From the IMG/VR virus record IMGVR_UViG_3300037067_009442, positions 29,721-93,720 of that record: a stretch of 64,000 nucleotides of DNA; one strand, 5' to 3'. Shown here in pieces: positions 21,005 to 32,035 of this stretch; within the stretch, counting starts at the first letter, position 1; every line of letters starts with the position of its first letter. This stretch comes from a virus. Its lineage: Duplodnaviria > Heunggongvirae > Uroviricota > Caudoviricetes. The translations under genes were made by a program, and so were the position numbers. Below the pieces are notes generated by a model that was not told the origin of the DNA, did not search any database, and saw only the letters and a program-made list of their open reading frames with translations.

Positions 21005-21685
21005 ATGCCAGAAGATACTCCTCTCGTGGAAGAAGCTCACCTCTGCAACCTCTGTGGGTGCTCTCTCATCCTCGAACCTAATACCGCCCCAGAAGGGCTC
21101 GTAGGTGCTGAGATCAACGGTGGGTACCACTCCACTCCTGGAAATGGATCCGGTGCTCTTGATGACGCCACCAAGTACGAGTTCTCACTTTGCGAGTTCT
21201 GTCTTGACTGGCTCTTCAAGCAGTTCAGGCTGCCTCCTAAGGTCGTTGCTTATGGTGAGGTTGAAGAGTACCGCCCTGCAGACCAAAGGGTCGCTGAGGA
21301 CGAATGGCGGAGGAAGAAAGACACTTACTACGCGGAGGCTGCTCACAGGTCACTACTTCGAGGTAGAGTTAGTGCCGTGACTGAAAAGGTATCGGTATTC
21401 GACGTACTGCGGCACTTTGGTAAATTTCAAGGCCAGGGGGATAAGGGAGTGCCCCTCCTTTGCCCTTCCCACAAGGTAGATGGAAGAGAAGAGTGTAACC
21501 CCTCTGCTTGGGCACTCCCCTACACGGTACATGAAGGCCAAGAGTTGGCGTCTCATGTTTACTGCTATTCCTGTAAAAGGCGCTGGAGTGCTCATGAGCT
21601 TTGGATGGAGTTTAAGGGTGGGTTAGATCCTGCTCGGGCAGTAAGCGAGATGGAGCAAGCCTTCCCTGATAAGTCTGTACTCTGA
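21005..21685 (+). CDS. Protein with C-terminal CHC2 (primase-type) zinc-finger-like domain
   Basis: SVFDVLRHFG...CPSH...PSA...YCYSC. Confidence 0.55.
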   Translation: MPEDTPLVEEAHLCNLCGCSLILEPNTAPEGLVGAEINGGYHSTPGNGSGALDDATKYEFSLCEFCLDWLFKQFRLPPKVVAYGEVEEYRPADQRVAEDEWRRKKDTYYAEAAHRSLLRGRVSAVTEKVSVFDVLRHFGKFQGQGDKGVPLLCPSHKVDGREECNPSAWALPYTVHEGQELASHVYCYSCKRRWSAHELWMEFKGGLDPARAVSEMEQAFPDKSVL

Positions 21686-21891
21686 TGGACTTCTCCGCCG
21701 CTCTTCTACTACTCAAGGCTGGAAGGCAGATCAGGCGTAAGGGTAGGTCTATCTGGATCTATCTAGATAAGTATGGACAGATCCGGGAACTAGACTTCGA
21801 CTTTGGGATGCCAGACACGACCCTGTGGGAAGCCTCTCAAGAGTCATTGCTCGCCACAGATTGGGAAGTTAGAGAGCCCTCCTCCACGTAG
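21685..21891 (+). CDS. tad2: DUF2829 / Tad2-like anti-defence (cyclic nucleotide sponge) family protein
   Basis: MDFSAALLLLKAGRQIRRKG...W.ASQESLLATDWEV matches the DUF2829 pattern (F..AL..LK.G..v.RKGW...W.pSq.D.lA.DW). Confidence 0.7.
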   Translation: MDFSAALLLLKAGRQIRRKGRSIWIYLDKYGQIRELDFDFGMPDTTLWEASQESLLATDWEVREPSST

Positions 21892-23200
21892 CGAGCTTGA
21901 AAAGCTTCCATAGCCCTACTGTTGACATTTGACTAGCTCATGCCAGGAATCCAGTAAGAACGAGCCCTAAATGAAAGCGACGATAACCTACAGGGTTGGC
22001 CGCATTCCTAACCCTTGGAACAAGGAGCGGCGTGCAGCAGGTGAAGAGACTTGGTGTTTAATCAAAGTCACTACTCCTGATTACGGGGATATACTGGAAG
22101 ACCCTGTGGCTTTATTCAATTTAGATAGTGAGGCAGTAGCCTTCCAAGGGCACCTCATCTCTGTAGACCCAAAAGAAACTACACTAAAGGTGGACCCTCT
22201 CCTAAAAGAAGCAGGGCTACTCAGGAAGAGGGGGATCTGATGGCAACTCACGAAGAAGATCTCAAGCAGATCAACTCAGACATCAAGCTCATTGAGGCCG
22301 AGATAGCTTCGAATGAAGAAGAGGTCGACCGTATCAACCCAATAGAAGGTACTCTCAAGAGGGAAACTTACCTTCGCCTTCGTAATAAGTACCTTCAAGA
22401 GAAACTCTCCAAATTGAAAGACCAAAAGAAGAGAAAGATCGAAGTAATCGATTGGGAGAGAAGGACTAGGTAGCTATGGACGAAGTGAAGATCCAAGAAC
22501 TCAACCCTGAACTCATTGTAGACGTACCTTGGAAGTACCGTAAACCATGCCCTGATGACATGGCCCTCGTGGTAGTCCATGAGGGGCGAGGTGAAATACT
22601 CGACCACATTGGCCCTGGACTTCAGTATGTTGAGGATTCCGGGATGAGGAGCGACTACTTCGATCCCTGCTGTGAAGGTCAATCCTCTGGGGTCTTCATC
22701 TGGGAAGGGCGAATGGCAACCGAGACGTATGCCAACGGGGAGCATGATTACTACCTTGATGGTACCTTTCGCCCTGCGACCAAGGAAGAATGGTACGCCT
22801 ACCTTGAAGGAAAACCCCCTTGGGATCCCTCCCGTTGGGTTGAGGGCTAGCGCTTCTTCTTGGGGGTCTTATCCTCCCACACGAAGGCCTCCAACAACTC
22901 TCGGAAGTTGACCGGTACTAACTCGGGCTTGATCACAATGACTCGATTCGGGTACTGAAGTGTCCCAATCTTACTCAACTTGGGGGGGTATCGGATCGGA
23001 TCCCAATGGGACATGTCATCATCGACTCCCACTACGGTGATTCGGTCCCTAGACCCTTCAATGTTAGGCTCTGCCTCACTGTTGACCTTGAGTACTCTGC
23101 CAATCTTTAGTGCGGCACAACGACCTAGTGAGTGACCATAGGCAATATACGACCCGACAATGATGTCTTGGCTGAGTTTGTCCTTCATTGTCCTTACTAA

Positions 23201-23218
23201 TACACCGGATCTGGTGTA
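23201..23218. promoter_or_regulatory. Back-to-back pair of class-2 YGGTGTA motifs between divergent genes
   Basis: TACACC-ggatct-GGTGTA; each copy is followed by TTAGT and an ATG 12-13 nt later. Confidence 0.6.
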
Positions 23219-23569
23219 TTAGTCACCTAGGATGCAGACTATATCCGTCACCCTTCGAGCTATCGGGAACCTTGCCCTTCAGGTTGAGGTCTATGCAAAG
23301 ACCAAGTTGGTCAAAGAGTGCCTGGAGAAAACTATAGAGGAGGCACTTGGTTGCTATGGCAAGGAAGGACCCGACTTCAATGGGGGTTACCCTTTCTACC
23401 TCTTGAGTAAGACTGTGGAGGTACTTGAGATCAATCACCCCAATAGCAATTGGTATATCACCTACTGGGACACTAAATCCCAGCCCTGGGAGATGCGCTA
23501 TAACCGGCCTGAGAAGATAGCTGTTGTCCCTCGGAAGAATGCGGGTTGATCGGTGTAATGCAGCCCTAG

Positions 23570-25201
23570 ATGCCCGACTCAGAGATCCTTCTAGGTGATT
23601 GTCTTGCTGTACTGAAGACACTCGAAGCTGACTCCTTCGACTCAATGGTGACCGACCCGCCGGCCGGTATCGCCTTCATGAATAGTGAATGGGATACTTA
23701 CAAGATGGATGCCTTTGAGGATATGCTCACCAAGGTATTCCTCGAGGCCTACCGAGTATTGAAGCCAGGAGCTCATGTCCTTGTATGGTCTATCCCAAGG
23801 ACGGGGCATCGCACTGCTTGTGCTATTGAGCGGGCTGGGTTTGCACCTCGAGATGCCCTCGACAATGTGAAGGACCGCAGCCCTGAAGTTCAAGCCTTCC
23901 TCGAGAGTCTCACTGAGGAGCAGGTCGAGCTGCTTGTGCGAGCTGGACCTGCTGATGCCTTCGTGCTCCACATGTTTGGTCAGGGTTTTCCCAAGTCAAT
24001 GAACGTGGGGAAAGCTATTGACAAGCTCAAGGGGGCTAAACGAACTAATTCCCTTGGGCTAAAGCCGGGGCACGAGCACTTAGAGAGTGCTGGCCTAGGA
24101 TTCAAGAGTGCTTCCGCTGAGGGGTTCAGTAGGCCTTGGATGAAGGATCAGGAAGCAGTAGAGCAGTACCATCAGAAGATGGCACCAGCGACCCCAGAGG
24201 CTGCTCAATGGGAGGGTTTTGGGACTGCACTCAAGCCAGCGGTTGAGACGTGGTGGCTAGCTCGGAAGCCCCTTCAAGAGGACACGGTTGCGGAGCAGGT
24301 ACTAGCTACTGGGACAGGGGCTCTCAACATTGACGGTTGTCGTGTAGGTTATACTAAAGAAGTCCCAGGTAGTGCTAATAGTCATACCTCAGGTATAGTC
24401 TTAAGTGGATCAGTAGATGGTACTCTTAGAAATGAAACAGGAGAAGAGAGCGGCCATAACCCTAACATCGGTAGGTGGCCTGCAAACGTTGTTCTCCAAC
24501 ATGGGCCTGATTGTAAGCTGGTTGGAAAGAAGAAGATCAAAGGTAAGAAGCCGGAGAAGTCAGAGAAACCTACCGAGAACAACCTTTATGGTAGCTATGG
24601 AAAGCGAAGTTTGAATGGATTCTATGCCTCTGAGGACGGTACAGAACCCGTTGATGCCTGGGAATGCGCCTCAGGTTGCCCTGTTAAAACCCTAGATGAG
24701 CAGAGCGGGAACCGTCCTGGAATGTCTGGGGGTGGTACTCATAGCAAAGACTATGAGGGTGGTTTGTTTGGTGGCATTGATAGCGCCAATACAGCGAGAA
24801 ACGACTCAGGGGGGGCGTCAAGGTTCTTCAATCAGTTCGAACCCGACATTGAAGCTCCTCCGTTCTTCTACACAGGGAAGATCACCTCCTCTGAACGCAA
24901 AGAAGATCTTGAGGAAGAGGAGTTAGTCAACAAGCACCCTACGGTCAAATCTAAGAAGCTCATGCGTCACTTGGTCCGGTTGATCACTCCTCCCAAGGGG
25001 AGAGTTCTAGACCCCTTCTGCGGGTCAGGGAGCACTATCGTTGCTGCTATCGAGGAGGGGATGGTTGGTACTGGCATCGAACGAGACCCAGGATTTCACG
25101 AGATTGCCACCAAACGGGTACAATCAGCCCTTCAGAAGCAAGAAACAGTCAAGCAAGCTCAAGAAGCTTGGGATCTAGCCTTCGGATTGGAAAGCGAGTA
25201 A
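23570..25201 (+). CDS. N6-adenine/N4-cytosine DNA methyltransferase (beta class)
   Basis: GDCL...VTDPPAG (motif IV variant), HPTVK, VLDPFCGSGST (motif I), GIE. Confidence 0.9.
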   Translation: MPDSEILLGDCLAVLKTLEADSFDSMVTDPPAGIAFMNSEWDTYKMDAFEDMLTKVFLEAYRVLKPGAHVLVWSIPRTGHRTACAIERAGFAPRDALDNVKDRSPEVQAFLESLTEEQVELLVRAGPADAFVLHMFGQGFPKSMNVGKAIDKLKGAKRTNSLGLKPGHEHLESAGLGFKSASAEGFSRPWMKDQEAVEQYHQKMAPATPEAAQWEGFGTALKPAVETWWLARKPLQEDTVAEQVLATGTGALNIDGCRVGYTKEVPGSANSHTSGIVLSGSVDGTLRNETGEESGHNPNIGRWPANVVLQHGPDCKLVGKKKIKGKKPEKSEKPTENNLYGSYGKRSLNGFYASEDGTEPVDAWECASGCPVKTLDEQSGNRPGMSGGGTHSKDYEGGLFGGIDSANTARNDSGGASRFFNQFEPDIEAPPFFYTGKITSSERKEDLEEEELVNKHPTVKSKKLMRHLVRLITPPKGRVLDPFCGSGSTIVAAIEEGMVGTGIERDPGFHEIATKRVQSALQKQETVKQAQEAWDLAFGLESE

Positions 25202-26085
25202 GCCATGTCAGTACCTTCAATCACTACCCTAGAAGCTCTCCAAGCGGATCTCAATAATCGTCAGGGGGTTCACGAAATCCTGTTCGTCAACGGTAAGCCT
25301 TACGTAGGAGAGATGGAGTTCAATCGTCGCAAGGGCTTCCATTGGGACGGTGGGAGAACTGGCAGTGTCTTCATTACCCCTCACGTTGACACTGCAAGTG
25401 AAGTGGTGCTAGTAGACCTCCAGTACCTTCGGCTTCGAAAGTGCATTCTCGAAACCAACGTGATACCCTACGAGAAGAAGCAGGAATGGAGAGCTATTGA
25501 TCTCCCGGAAGACCGATGATGGAAGAGGTTGAAGAGTTCTGGGAGGGTCTTCGCCCTGCTCCTCCCCCACCACCTACTCGAGAGGTCATTCGGGATGTAA
25601 TAGCTGCTACTATGCGGGTGCATCTTCAGCCTCTAGTGGGTTCTCTTGCCACTGGGATGGAAGATATTTCTGTTGAAGTACCTATTGATGTGTATCAACA
25701 GTTCATATTAGATGGGCATCATAATGCAGTGTCCATGGGATGTGCGGTTCACCAAGCAATAGAGGATCACTTTAATAGAGTAGAGGTGAGCTCACAGGTC
25801 ACTGGGGCTTCGGTTGGTATCGTTAGCACCCATAACGCAGCAGAGAGTCCACTCATTGCCCCTGGGTTGACTCTAGAGGCAGCTAGGGAACTAGTCCACT
25901 CTGGATCGATCTTCCCTACTCGTACGGAAGAGGATCCCTCTACTGCTGTACCTCAAGTCATAGATAGGCTCAATGCGACAAATGTAGCTCAGTTGGAGCG
26001 AGCCTTTGATGAACTTGGGATCCCTACTCACATTGAGTTTCAACGGGCTGTAGGACATGGTGAGCTGGGTCTACTTCAGATTGAC

Positions 26086-26871
26086 TTACTCGGCCGCCAA
26101 CCCCCTGGGACAGGCGTCGAGAACGTCAGTAACGGCACCAGGATCAACATTCGAATCCCTGAATGAAGCTAGCTTCGACATAGCCTTATTGTATGCCCTG
26201 CGGCTATTAGTAACTCCCAACCTCAACTTCATCATTGTCTTGTAGTCATCTCGAGGTTGACGAGCTTTTGTCTCACGACCTGGGTGAACCCAATCGAAGC
26301 TAGCTACTTGCTGACTCTTATCCCTACTGGTTTGAAGATCACCCGCTTTTTCACCAAACCCTCGAAGATAGATGTTCCAAGTCGGATGAAACATCTTGAT
26401 AAGGTTATCCTCAGCGAAAGTGATCCAATTGGCTTGGATACAAATGAAACGAAAGGTGAAGTTCTCCAAACCAAGGTTAGTCAAACTAAGAGTACTTGAG
26501 TGTTCCATGAGTCTAGAGGAGATAGCAACCTCACCGACCTGCCTAGTTGCCTTACCAATGTAGATAGGGCAGGTTGACCCTGGTGACTTGATACCAGAGT
26601 AAGCGGGAAAGTCACCTTGATAGTAGATGGCATAAATCCCTTTCCCAACGAAAGGGGTCATCCCGACAAAGGGGTGAGGGCCATTACTAAGGAAGTTGTT
26701 AGCTAGGCGTAGGATCATCTGCTCTTCTTCCCTGGGAGTCATCATTGGGTGGAACTGGGTATGGGCATACGAAGTTGGGACAGGCAAAGCCACCTCTTCT
26801 TCAATGATCCATTGATCAGTGAAGTCATGAATTGAACGGAGAAGATCTTCAGGATCGTCATCTTCGAGCAT
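26086..26871 (-). CDS. Eco29kI-family GIY-YIG endonuclease
   Basis: GIYAIYYQGDFPAY...PIYIGKA...RLMEH...WITFAEDNLI...PTWN..GFG. Confidence 0.8.
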   Translation of the reverse strand: MLEDDDPEDLLRSIHDFTDQWIIEEEVALPVPTSYAHTQFHPMMTPREEEQMILRLANNFLSNGPHPFVGMTPFVGKGIYAIYYQGDFPAYSGIKSPGSTCPIYIGKATRQVGEVAISSRLMEHSSTLSLTNLGLENFTFRFICIQANWITFAEDNLIKMFHPTWNIYLRGFGEKAGDLQTSRDKSQQVASFDWVHPGRETKARQPRDDYKTMMKLRLGVTNSRRAYNKAMSKLASFRDSNVDPGAVTDVLDACPRGLAAE

Positions 26872-26931
26872 GTGTCAGATCATTTACACCAAACCTCATG
26901 GATAAAGTACCTTTACTCATGACTCAGTGAG

Positions 26932-28122
26932 ATGACTATTCGTGACCCCTGGAAGGTGGAAGCCCAGACTCAAGCACCCAAAGCCGAACCTCACCGGTGG
27001 TTCCAGCGAATGGCTACTGATTGGTCAAAGAACAAGCAACCTGACCTAGGGCAGTACGCAAGTCACACGACCCCGTCCCAGTGGCTGGGACATACCTTGA
27101 TGAAAGAAGCTATCGAAGGTGGGCCGTCCGTCCACGAAATAGCTATTGAGGGTGACTTTGCCATAAACCCTCTGAAGGTCCTTGATCGCATTGAGACGAT
27201 GTGGCAGCTCCGCCCTATCTATCAGGTTCACGGTCACTCTGTGACCCTGATGTACTCAGGTACGGATCTCATGCTATCCGTGACCATCAATCAATTGAGT
27301 AACTCGGGGAACATCAACTTGGTCACCACTGACCAAAACAAGATCAAGATACTCAACAAGCTGGGGGAGGCCTTCTTCGCTCCAGAGAACCCTCTTGATG
27401 GGTTCATTTATGCTCTAGCCAAGGCCCCTATGGGTGGCTACACCTTGGTCAAAGTAGGATCCGCAGGGGAGCCTATTGAACGAGGAAACTACTCTGAAGA
27501 GGTGATTACAGACTACGATCACATTGTGGCGGATCTGAAGACTGCCAACCCCTGTGGTCGACTCATCATCCTAGCTGGGCCACCTGGATCAGGTAAGACG
27601 TTCCTGGTTCGATCTCTCCTCCAAGAGATCCCAAGGGCTGCCTTCGTCCTAGTACCTGCTCACCTGGTCCAAGACTTGGGTTCACCTGAGCTCCTACCTG
27701 CTCTTGTACAGGTCAGGAGGGATGGCCTCAGTGGGGCTATCGTGCTGGTCATTGAGGACGCGGACAAGGTACTGGTCGAGAGGAAGAGTGGGGACATGAA
27801 TGCCATCTCGGCCCTACTGAACCTCGGGGACGGAATTCTCGGTAGCTCCCTTGACGTAAGGATCCTTGCCACGACCAATGCTAGTGGACTAGAGATGGAT
27901 GCGGCTACTCGAAGACCCGGACGCCTCTGTCGATACATCGAGGTTGGATCTCTATCTGCAGACCAAGCTTCCAAGGTGATCCAGAGGGTTACGAGGAAGT
28001 CCTTCACCTTCAAAGAGGACGCCACCCTTGCAGAGATCTACCGTAAGGCTCGTGATCTTGGGTGGGTCCCACCACCCAAGAAGAGCTCAGATCCGGTTAC
28101 CAAGGGCTTGGCAGTTCTCTAG
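26932..28122 (+). CDS. AAA+ ATPase
   Basis: Walker A GPPGSGKT, Walker B VLVIEDAD, ATTN, RRPGR arginine finger. Confidence 0.9.
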   Translation: MTIRDPWKVEAQTQAPKAEPHRWFQRMATDWSKNKQPDLGQYASHTTPSQWLGHTLMKEAIEGGPSVHEIAIEGDFAINPLKVLDRIETMWQLRPIYQVHGHSVTLMYSGTDLMLSVTINQLSNSGNINLVTTDQNKIKILNKLGEAFFAPENPLDGFIYALAKAPMGGYTLVKVGSAGEPIERGNYSEEVITDYDHIVADLKTANPCGRLIILAGPPGSGKTFLVRSLLQEIPRAAFVLVPAHLVQDLGSPELLPALVQVRRDGLSGAIVLVIEDADKVLVERKSGDMNAISALLNLGDGILGSSLDVRILATTNASGLEMDAATRRPGRLCRYIEVGSLSADQASKVIQRVTRKSFTFKEDATLAEIYRKARDLGWVPPPKKSSDPVTKGLAVL

Positions 28123-28170
28123 CTAATACCCTTGACTAGTTACTCCCTTTCATCTAGGGATCCTGAACCT

Positions 28171-28485
28171 ATGGCACCAGAGATAGTCACCGACCTCAAC
28201 TTCGAGGAAGAGGTCCTGAACTCCCCGATTCCTGTACTCGTGACCTTCACAGCCACTTGGTGTGGTCCCTGTAGAGCCCTTGCTCCCCTTATAGGTCAAT
28301 TAGCCGTTGAGTTGGAGGGTAAGGTCAAGGTTGTCAAGGTAGACATCAATGAGTCACCTGCGACCTCCGAAAGGTATGAGGTTAAGGGGGTTCCAAACAT
28401 TCAAGTATTCAAGGGCGGTAGTAGATCCGCACAGCACGTGGGGATCACAACGAAGAAGCACTTACTCGAGTTAGTAGGTCAGTAG
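28171..28485 (+). CDS. trxA: Thioredoxin
   Basis: FTATWCGPC active site, VKVDINE, GVP; ATG at 28171. Confidence 0.93.
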   Translation: MAPEIVTDLNFEEEVLNSPIPVLVTFTATWCGPCRALAPLIGQLAVELEGKVKVVKVDINESPATSERYEVKGVPNIQVFKGGSRSAQHVGITTKKHLLELVGQ

Positions 28486-28509
28486 CCCCCAGACGGTGTA
28501 ATACCTGTA

Positions 28510-28683
28510 ATGAAATGCCTATTGCTTTCCTTAGTGCTGCTTGGGCATAACCCAGATAAGTGCCTACCTCACTGTGACTCGACAGTGAAGTCTTGTAGGG
28601 CTTCGTGTGCATCAAAGACCTGGGATGAATGCCATGAGAAGTGTGAACGGGTAGGTCGAGAATGTAGAGATGAGTGCCCTTAG
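28510..28683 (+). CDS. Small cysteine-rich peptide (57 aa, four CxxxC), not in the ORF track
   Basis: MKCLLLSLVLLGHNPDKCLPHCDSTVKSCRASCASKTWDECHEKCERVGRECRDECP; preceded by the CGGTGTA motif. Confidence 0.65.
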   Translation: MKCLLLSLVLLGHNPDKCLPHCDSTVKSCRASCASKTWDECHEKCERVGRECRDECP

Positions 28684-28985
28684 ATCACGTCCTCACGTTC
28701 GAATCTAGTGGGGCGGGGGCCTGCATAACTCACTACCCGGTGATCAAACTGAGAACAAGGCATTGGTTGGAAGGGACTATGTACAACGTATAACCCCTCA
28801 CTACTGTTCTTTCGGATCAAATTGAGCCCAAGCTCCACTCCTGAAGCACAGCGGACTCGATAGTGTATAAGCAATCGGCCAATGGTCCTTTGTGCCTCTT
28901 CTGTCGTTTGGTAGCTTTTATCCTGATACTGGCGCCTGCTAGGGCAGTGCTGACAGTCCTCGCAGGTTAGGGCATCAGGGGGCAT
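28680..28985 (-). CDS. PTRFER-tag family protein, Cys-rich
   Basis: CEDCQHC; ends RPTRFEREDVI. Confidence 0.8.
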   Translation of the reverse strand: MPPDALTCEDCQHCPSRRQYQDKSYQTTEEAQRTIGRLLIHYRVRCASGVELGLNLIRKNSSEGLYVVHSPFQPMPCSQFDHRVVSYAGPRPTRFEREDVI

Positions 28986-29898
28986 CAGCCTTCACTTTTG
29001 GTTGAAATACCCGCCGACCATCCTCAGTGAGGGCCCATGTGTTCGTTACCTCGTGAAACATTGAGGGGTTAGCCATGAGAAGGAGTGCCTGAGCTAGCAT
29101 CTGGTCATGAATGGGTACATGAGTCTTGGTTACGATGCAATACTCGAAGGTATCCCTTCCGTCTTCAACACGGAAGACATTATGTTGAAATTTGTCGATG
29201 ATGCGGTAGAGAAATCCGTCTGCCCCTCTGACATGGAAATACCTACTGGCCTCAAGTTCCTCTTTCTGCTCATCATTGAGGTGGGCTAGGAGGATGGTAC
29301 GAGCTCGAGCTTGTACTTGAGTGCGGCGTTCCTCCGCCTTCTGCCTCTCCTCATTGATATGAGTTAGGCTCGGTACTAGACCAGGTATGGTTCGGTCATA
29401 CTCCCTACCGGCGAAAGATAGGCAGCTGTGCTCGATAATCCGGATAGGGTCCTGCCCCTCAAGATCAATACCTCGATGAGCCCCCTCAACGAAGACTAAG
29501 CCCCCATTGAATAGGACCCCATGACGGTCAAGAACTTGACCATTATCGGAGTCAAGAAACCCATCAAAGTTATCCCATCGACAAGAAGACCGAACGACAA
29601 GGATCAGGGTCCCATCTTCATCCAGGAGCTCTCTACCAGCCTCTATCTCATCAGGGGTCTGTGTAGCCCTTGATTCCAAACGAGCTCGCCTAAGGGACTC
29701 CAGACGACCTGGGAGGGCATCCACTAGGAGGGTTAGAGGCTCATCAATATCGAGATTGACGCAAGTCTTCCTCATCCCGTCCCTAGGTTCCCAATGGCCC
29801 TTTAGGGTTGGGTCCCACATATAAATATGGGGTACCTCAAACTCGAATACGGGGATCTGCCCGTCACCTAGTCGTTCAATGAGTAAGTGAGTGCTCAT
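28975..29898 (-). CDS. Hypothetical protein coupled to the Gly-Gly-terminated small protein
   Basis: 307 aa; overlaps the stop of 29895-30224 (ATGA). Confidence 0.7.
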   Translation of the reverse strand: MSTHLLIERLGDGQIPVFEFEVPHIYMWDPTLKGHWEPRDGMRKTCVNLDIDEPLTLLVDALPGRLESLRRARLESRATQTPDEIEAGRELLDEDGTLILVVRSSCRWDNFDGFLDSDNGQVLDRHGVLFNGGLVFVEGAHRGIDLEGQDPIRIIEHSCLSFAGREYDRTIPGLVPSLTHINEERQKAEERRTQVQARARTILLAHLNDEQKEELEASRYFHVRGADGFLYRIIDKFQHNVFRVEDGRDTFEYCIVTKTHVPIHDQMLAQALLLMANPSMFHEVTNTWALTEDGRRVFQPKVKADAP

Positions 29899-30224
29899 CC
29901 CCCGGCCATCTGAGGAGACACTACGTAGTCTCCCTTGGGGTCAAAGTCTCGAACCATCTCCGGTGCCGTGTAGAGGTAGCCGCCCGCTTTCGGACTGAAC
30001 TCCTTGACAGGTTGGCCTTTAGTTCCACCCAATCGAGTTATCTTGAAGACCAGGAAGCCTTTTCCTCGAAGGGTATCGAAGTGCTCCTTGGCGGCGTCGC
30101 ATTCGATCGGATTGTTTCGGTTCCACGTGTACTTCGTGTCACCGTTATGATCCAAGTGGGCGATACTGCCGGTATCCATTGTGCAGTCTTCTAGGGATTC
30201 AACAAGGCTTGGGGTCTGTTCCAT
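29895..30224 (-). CDS. Small protein ending in Gly-Gly (possible ubiquitin-like or sulfur-carrier protein)
   Basis: C-terminus YVVSPQMAGG-stop; preceded by the CGGTGTA motif. Confidence 0.55.
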   Translation of the reverse strand: MEQTPSLVESLEDCTMDTGSIAHLDHNGDTKYTWNRNNPIECDAAKEHFDTLRGKGFLVFKITRLGGTKGQPVKEFSPKAGGYLYTAPEMVRDFDPKGDYVVSPQMAGG

Positions 30225-30303
30225 GGGTAAACCTACACCGAAAGAAGGTCTTTGGTCAATGAGAGACTAGGGTAGTTAATTCTCCTATGCTTTGATAAGA
30301 ATC

Positions 30304-30618
30304 ATGCCAGCCAAGATCGCTACTGCCGAAGACATTCAGAATGAGATCCGAACTCTTTGGGCAATGACCGAAGAGGAAGTCCCTAGTCGGGAGAAGTTGG
30401 CGGCAGCCCTCAATGATCTTGCAAGTAGGGTTGCGGGTAACCGAAGTGAACTCTCAAAGTGCTTGGATGATATTGCTGACACCGCTAGTAGTGCTTCTCG
30501 TAGTGCTAAGAATCCCAAGCATGGTAAGAAGTTGGTTGAGAGTGCCATCTATACCATGAAGGATTCTATCAGGCAGTTAGAGGGGCTCGTAAGCAGTACT
30601 GATTGGGAAACTGCTTAG
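30304..30618 (+). CDS. Hypothetical protein; N-terminal domain shared with 54845-55186
   Basis: KIATAEDIQNEI...PSREKLAAALNDLASR versus RISTAEDIQAEL...PSRSLIARELRDLAVR. Confidence 0.7.
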   Translation: MPAKIATAEDIQNEIRTLWAMTEEEVPSREKLAAALNDLASRVAGNRSELSKCLDDIADTASSASRSAKNPKHGKKLVESAIYTMKDSIRQLEGLVSSTDWETA

Positions 30619-30929
30619 TACCGGAAGAGCCTACTCTCTTCAAAGATCTGCCCCTCCTCGAAGGGCGGGTCTTGGTCTGACAGGACTAAGAGACTGTCGT
30701 TGGGGATATCTTCCGAAACTCCGATACCCGCCCCCCAAATATCTCCTTTACTATTAGGGTCCCCACCTTCAAGGATTCGTTCAAACCTAGTGGGTCGGTA
30801 GAGGCGGAGGTTATCAAAATTACTCCACACTTGCGTGTAAGTGCGGTTATTCATCCACACTTTAACTACCATGGACCCTTCACTTTCTACTTGAGCAAAG
30901 GCATCACAGAGAATGGTTCCAGTGATCAT
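30615..30929 (-). CDS. Protein with an internal PTRFER motif
   Basis: RPTRFERILEGG followed by a C-terminal extension; start at the ATGA overlap 30929. Confidence 0.65.
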   Translation of the reverse strand: MITGTILCDAFAQVESEGSMVVKVWMNNRTYTQVWSNFDNLRLYRPTRFERILEGGDPNSKGDIWGAGIGVSEDIPNDSLLVLSDQDPPFEEGQIFEESRLFRY

Positions 30930-32035
30930 ACCGAGACCGGAGGAGCTTCGGGGGCAGTAATCCCAAACTTCCACATCCGATCCTCGAAGTCGTAGATCGT
31001 TACCGATACGCTCTCACCTGGGTGGTTTCGGAAAGCCCAAGCCTCAATTTGATGGAAGTACCATCTTGGAGGCTTAGGTTCCCTGACCGTCAGTATAGAC
31101 AGCTTCTGAGGAGTGATCCCCACGCTGAGCTCGATGGATGGCTTCTGCCCCTCGATTAAGTGCATGATGATTTCAATCATCTCTTACTCCACACCTTCTC
31201 AATAAGCCGACGACACCACCCCTTACCACTTCCATTGCAGGAAGGGCACCCTATGCAAACACCGCCTAGGAAGTTACCGTAGTGTCCATAACCCCTGCAA
31301 CGACGACATCTGCCCCAACTCTCACGATCAAGTAGGCCCCTCCAACCCGTTGGTGACTTCCACCAACCAACTTGGAAGTCATCTTTTAGGTGCATGGTGA
31401 CTTCACTTACGGGTAACCCAAGCATGCATCAACCTATGACCTATAGCACCGCCCAGAAGAGCTAATACCATACCCTTAGGTCCGGCGGTGAGGTAACCTA
31501 TTGACCCGTAGACGATGAACCTTACGTAGGTGGCTGGAGTCGAGAACCAAGTTGAGTTCATCCGGTGTGTACTTCTCGTAGGCTCTGTGGGTTCAACTTA
31601 TAGGTAGCTAGGATAGGGACCATGGACTTAATGACTCGCTTCGCCAGTGGGGTGAAGTCAGAGTGAGCCCTTTCAAGGTCATGAGCAGAATTGAGACACT
31701 CAATGGCAGCCTCGAGGTTTTCAGTATCAACAAATTCGATGGCCTTATCCACACAAGTAACCCACTGCCTCCATGTTTCAATGTGTCCCAATTGACGCCA
31801 TTGAATGCACCCAAGAGTACGACTCATGGATAGCATTACATGGACCTCTTCTCCAACTGTCCGAGGTGGATCAAATGGTGCCATTATGCAGATCCCTCAG
31901 GGGTTTCCCTCGAGTTACGGACCTGATGGTACTTCCCTCGTACCCACTGGAAAACTGGCTTCAGGAAAGGCAATCCAAGGGCCAAGTAAAGAGGGAAGTC
32001 ATGGAAAGGGTTACCACAGAAGTGCATGAGTTTTC

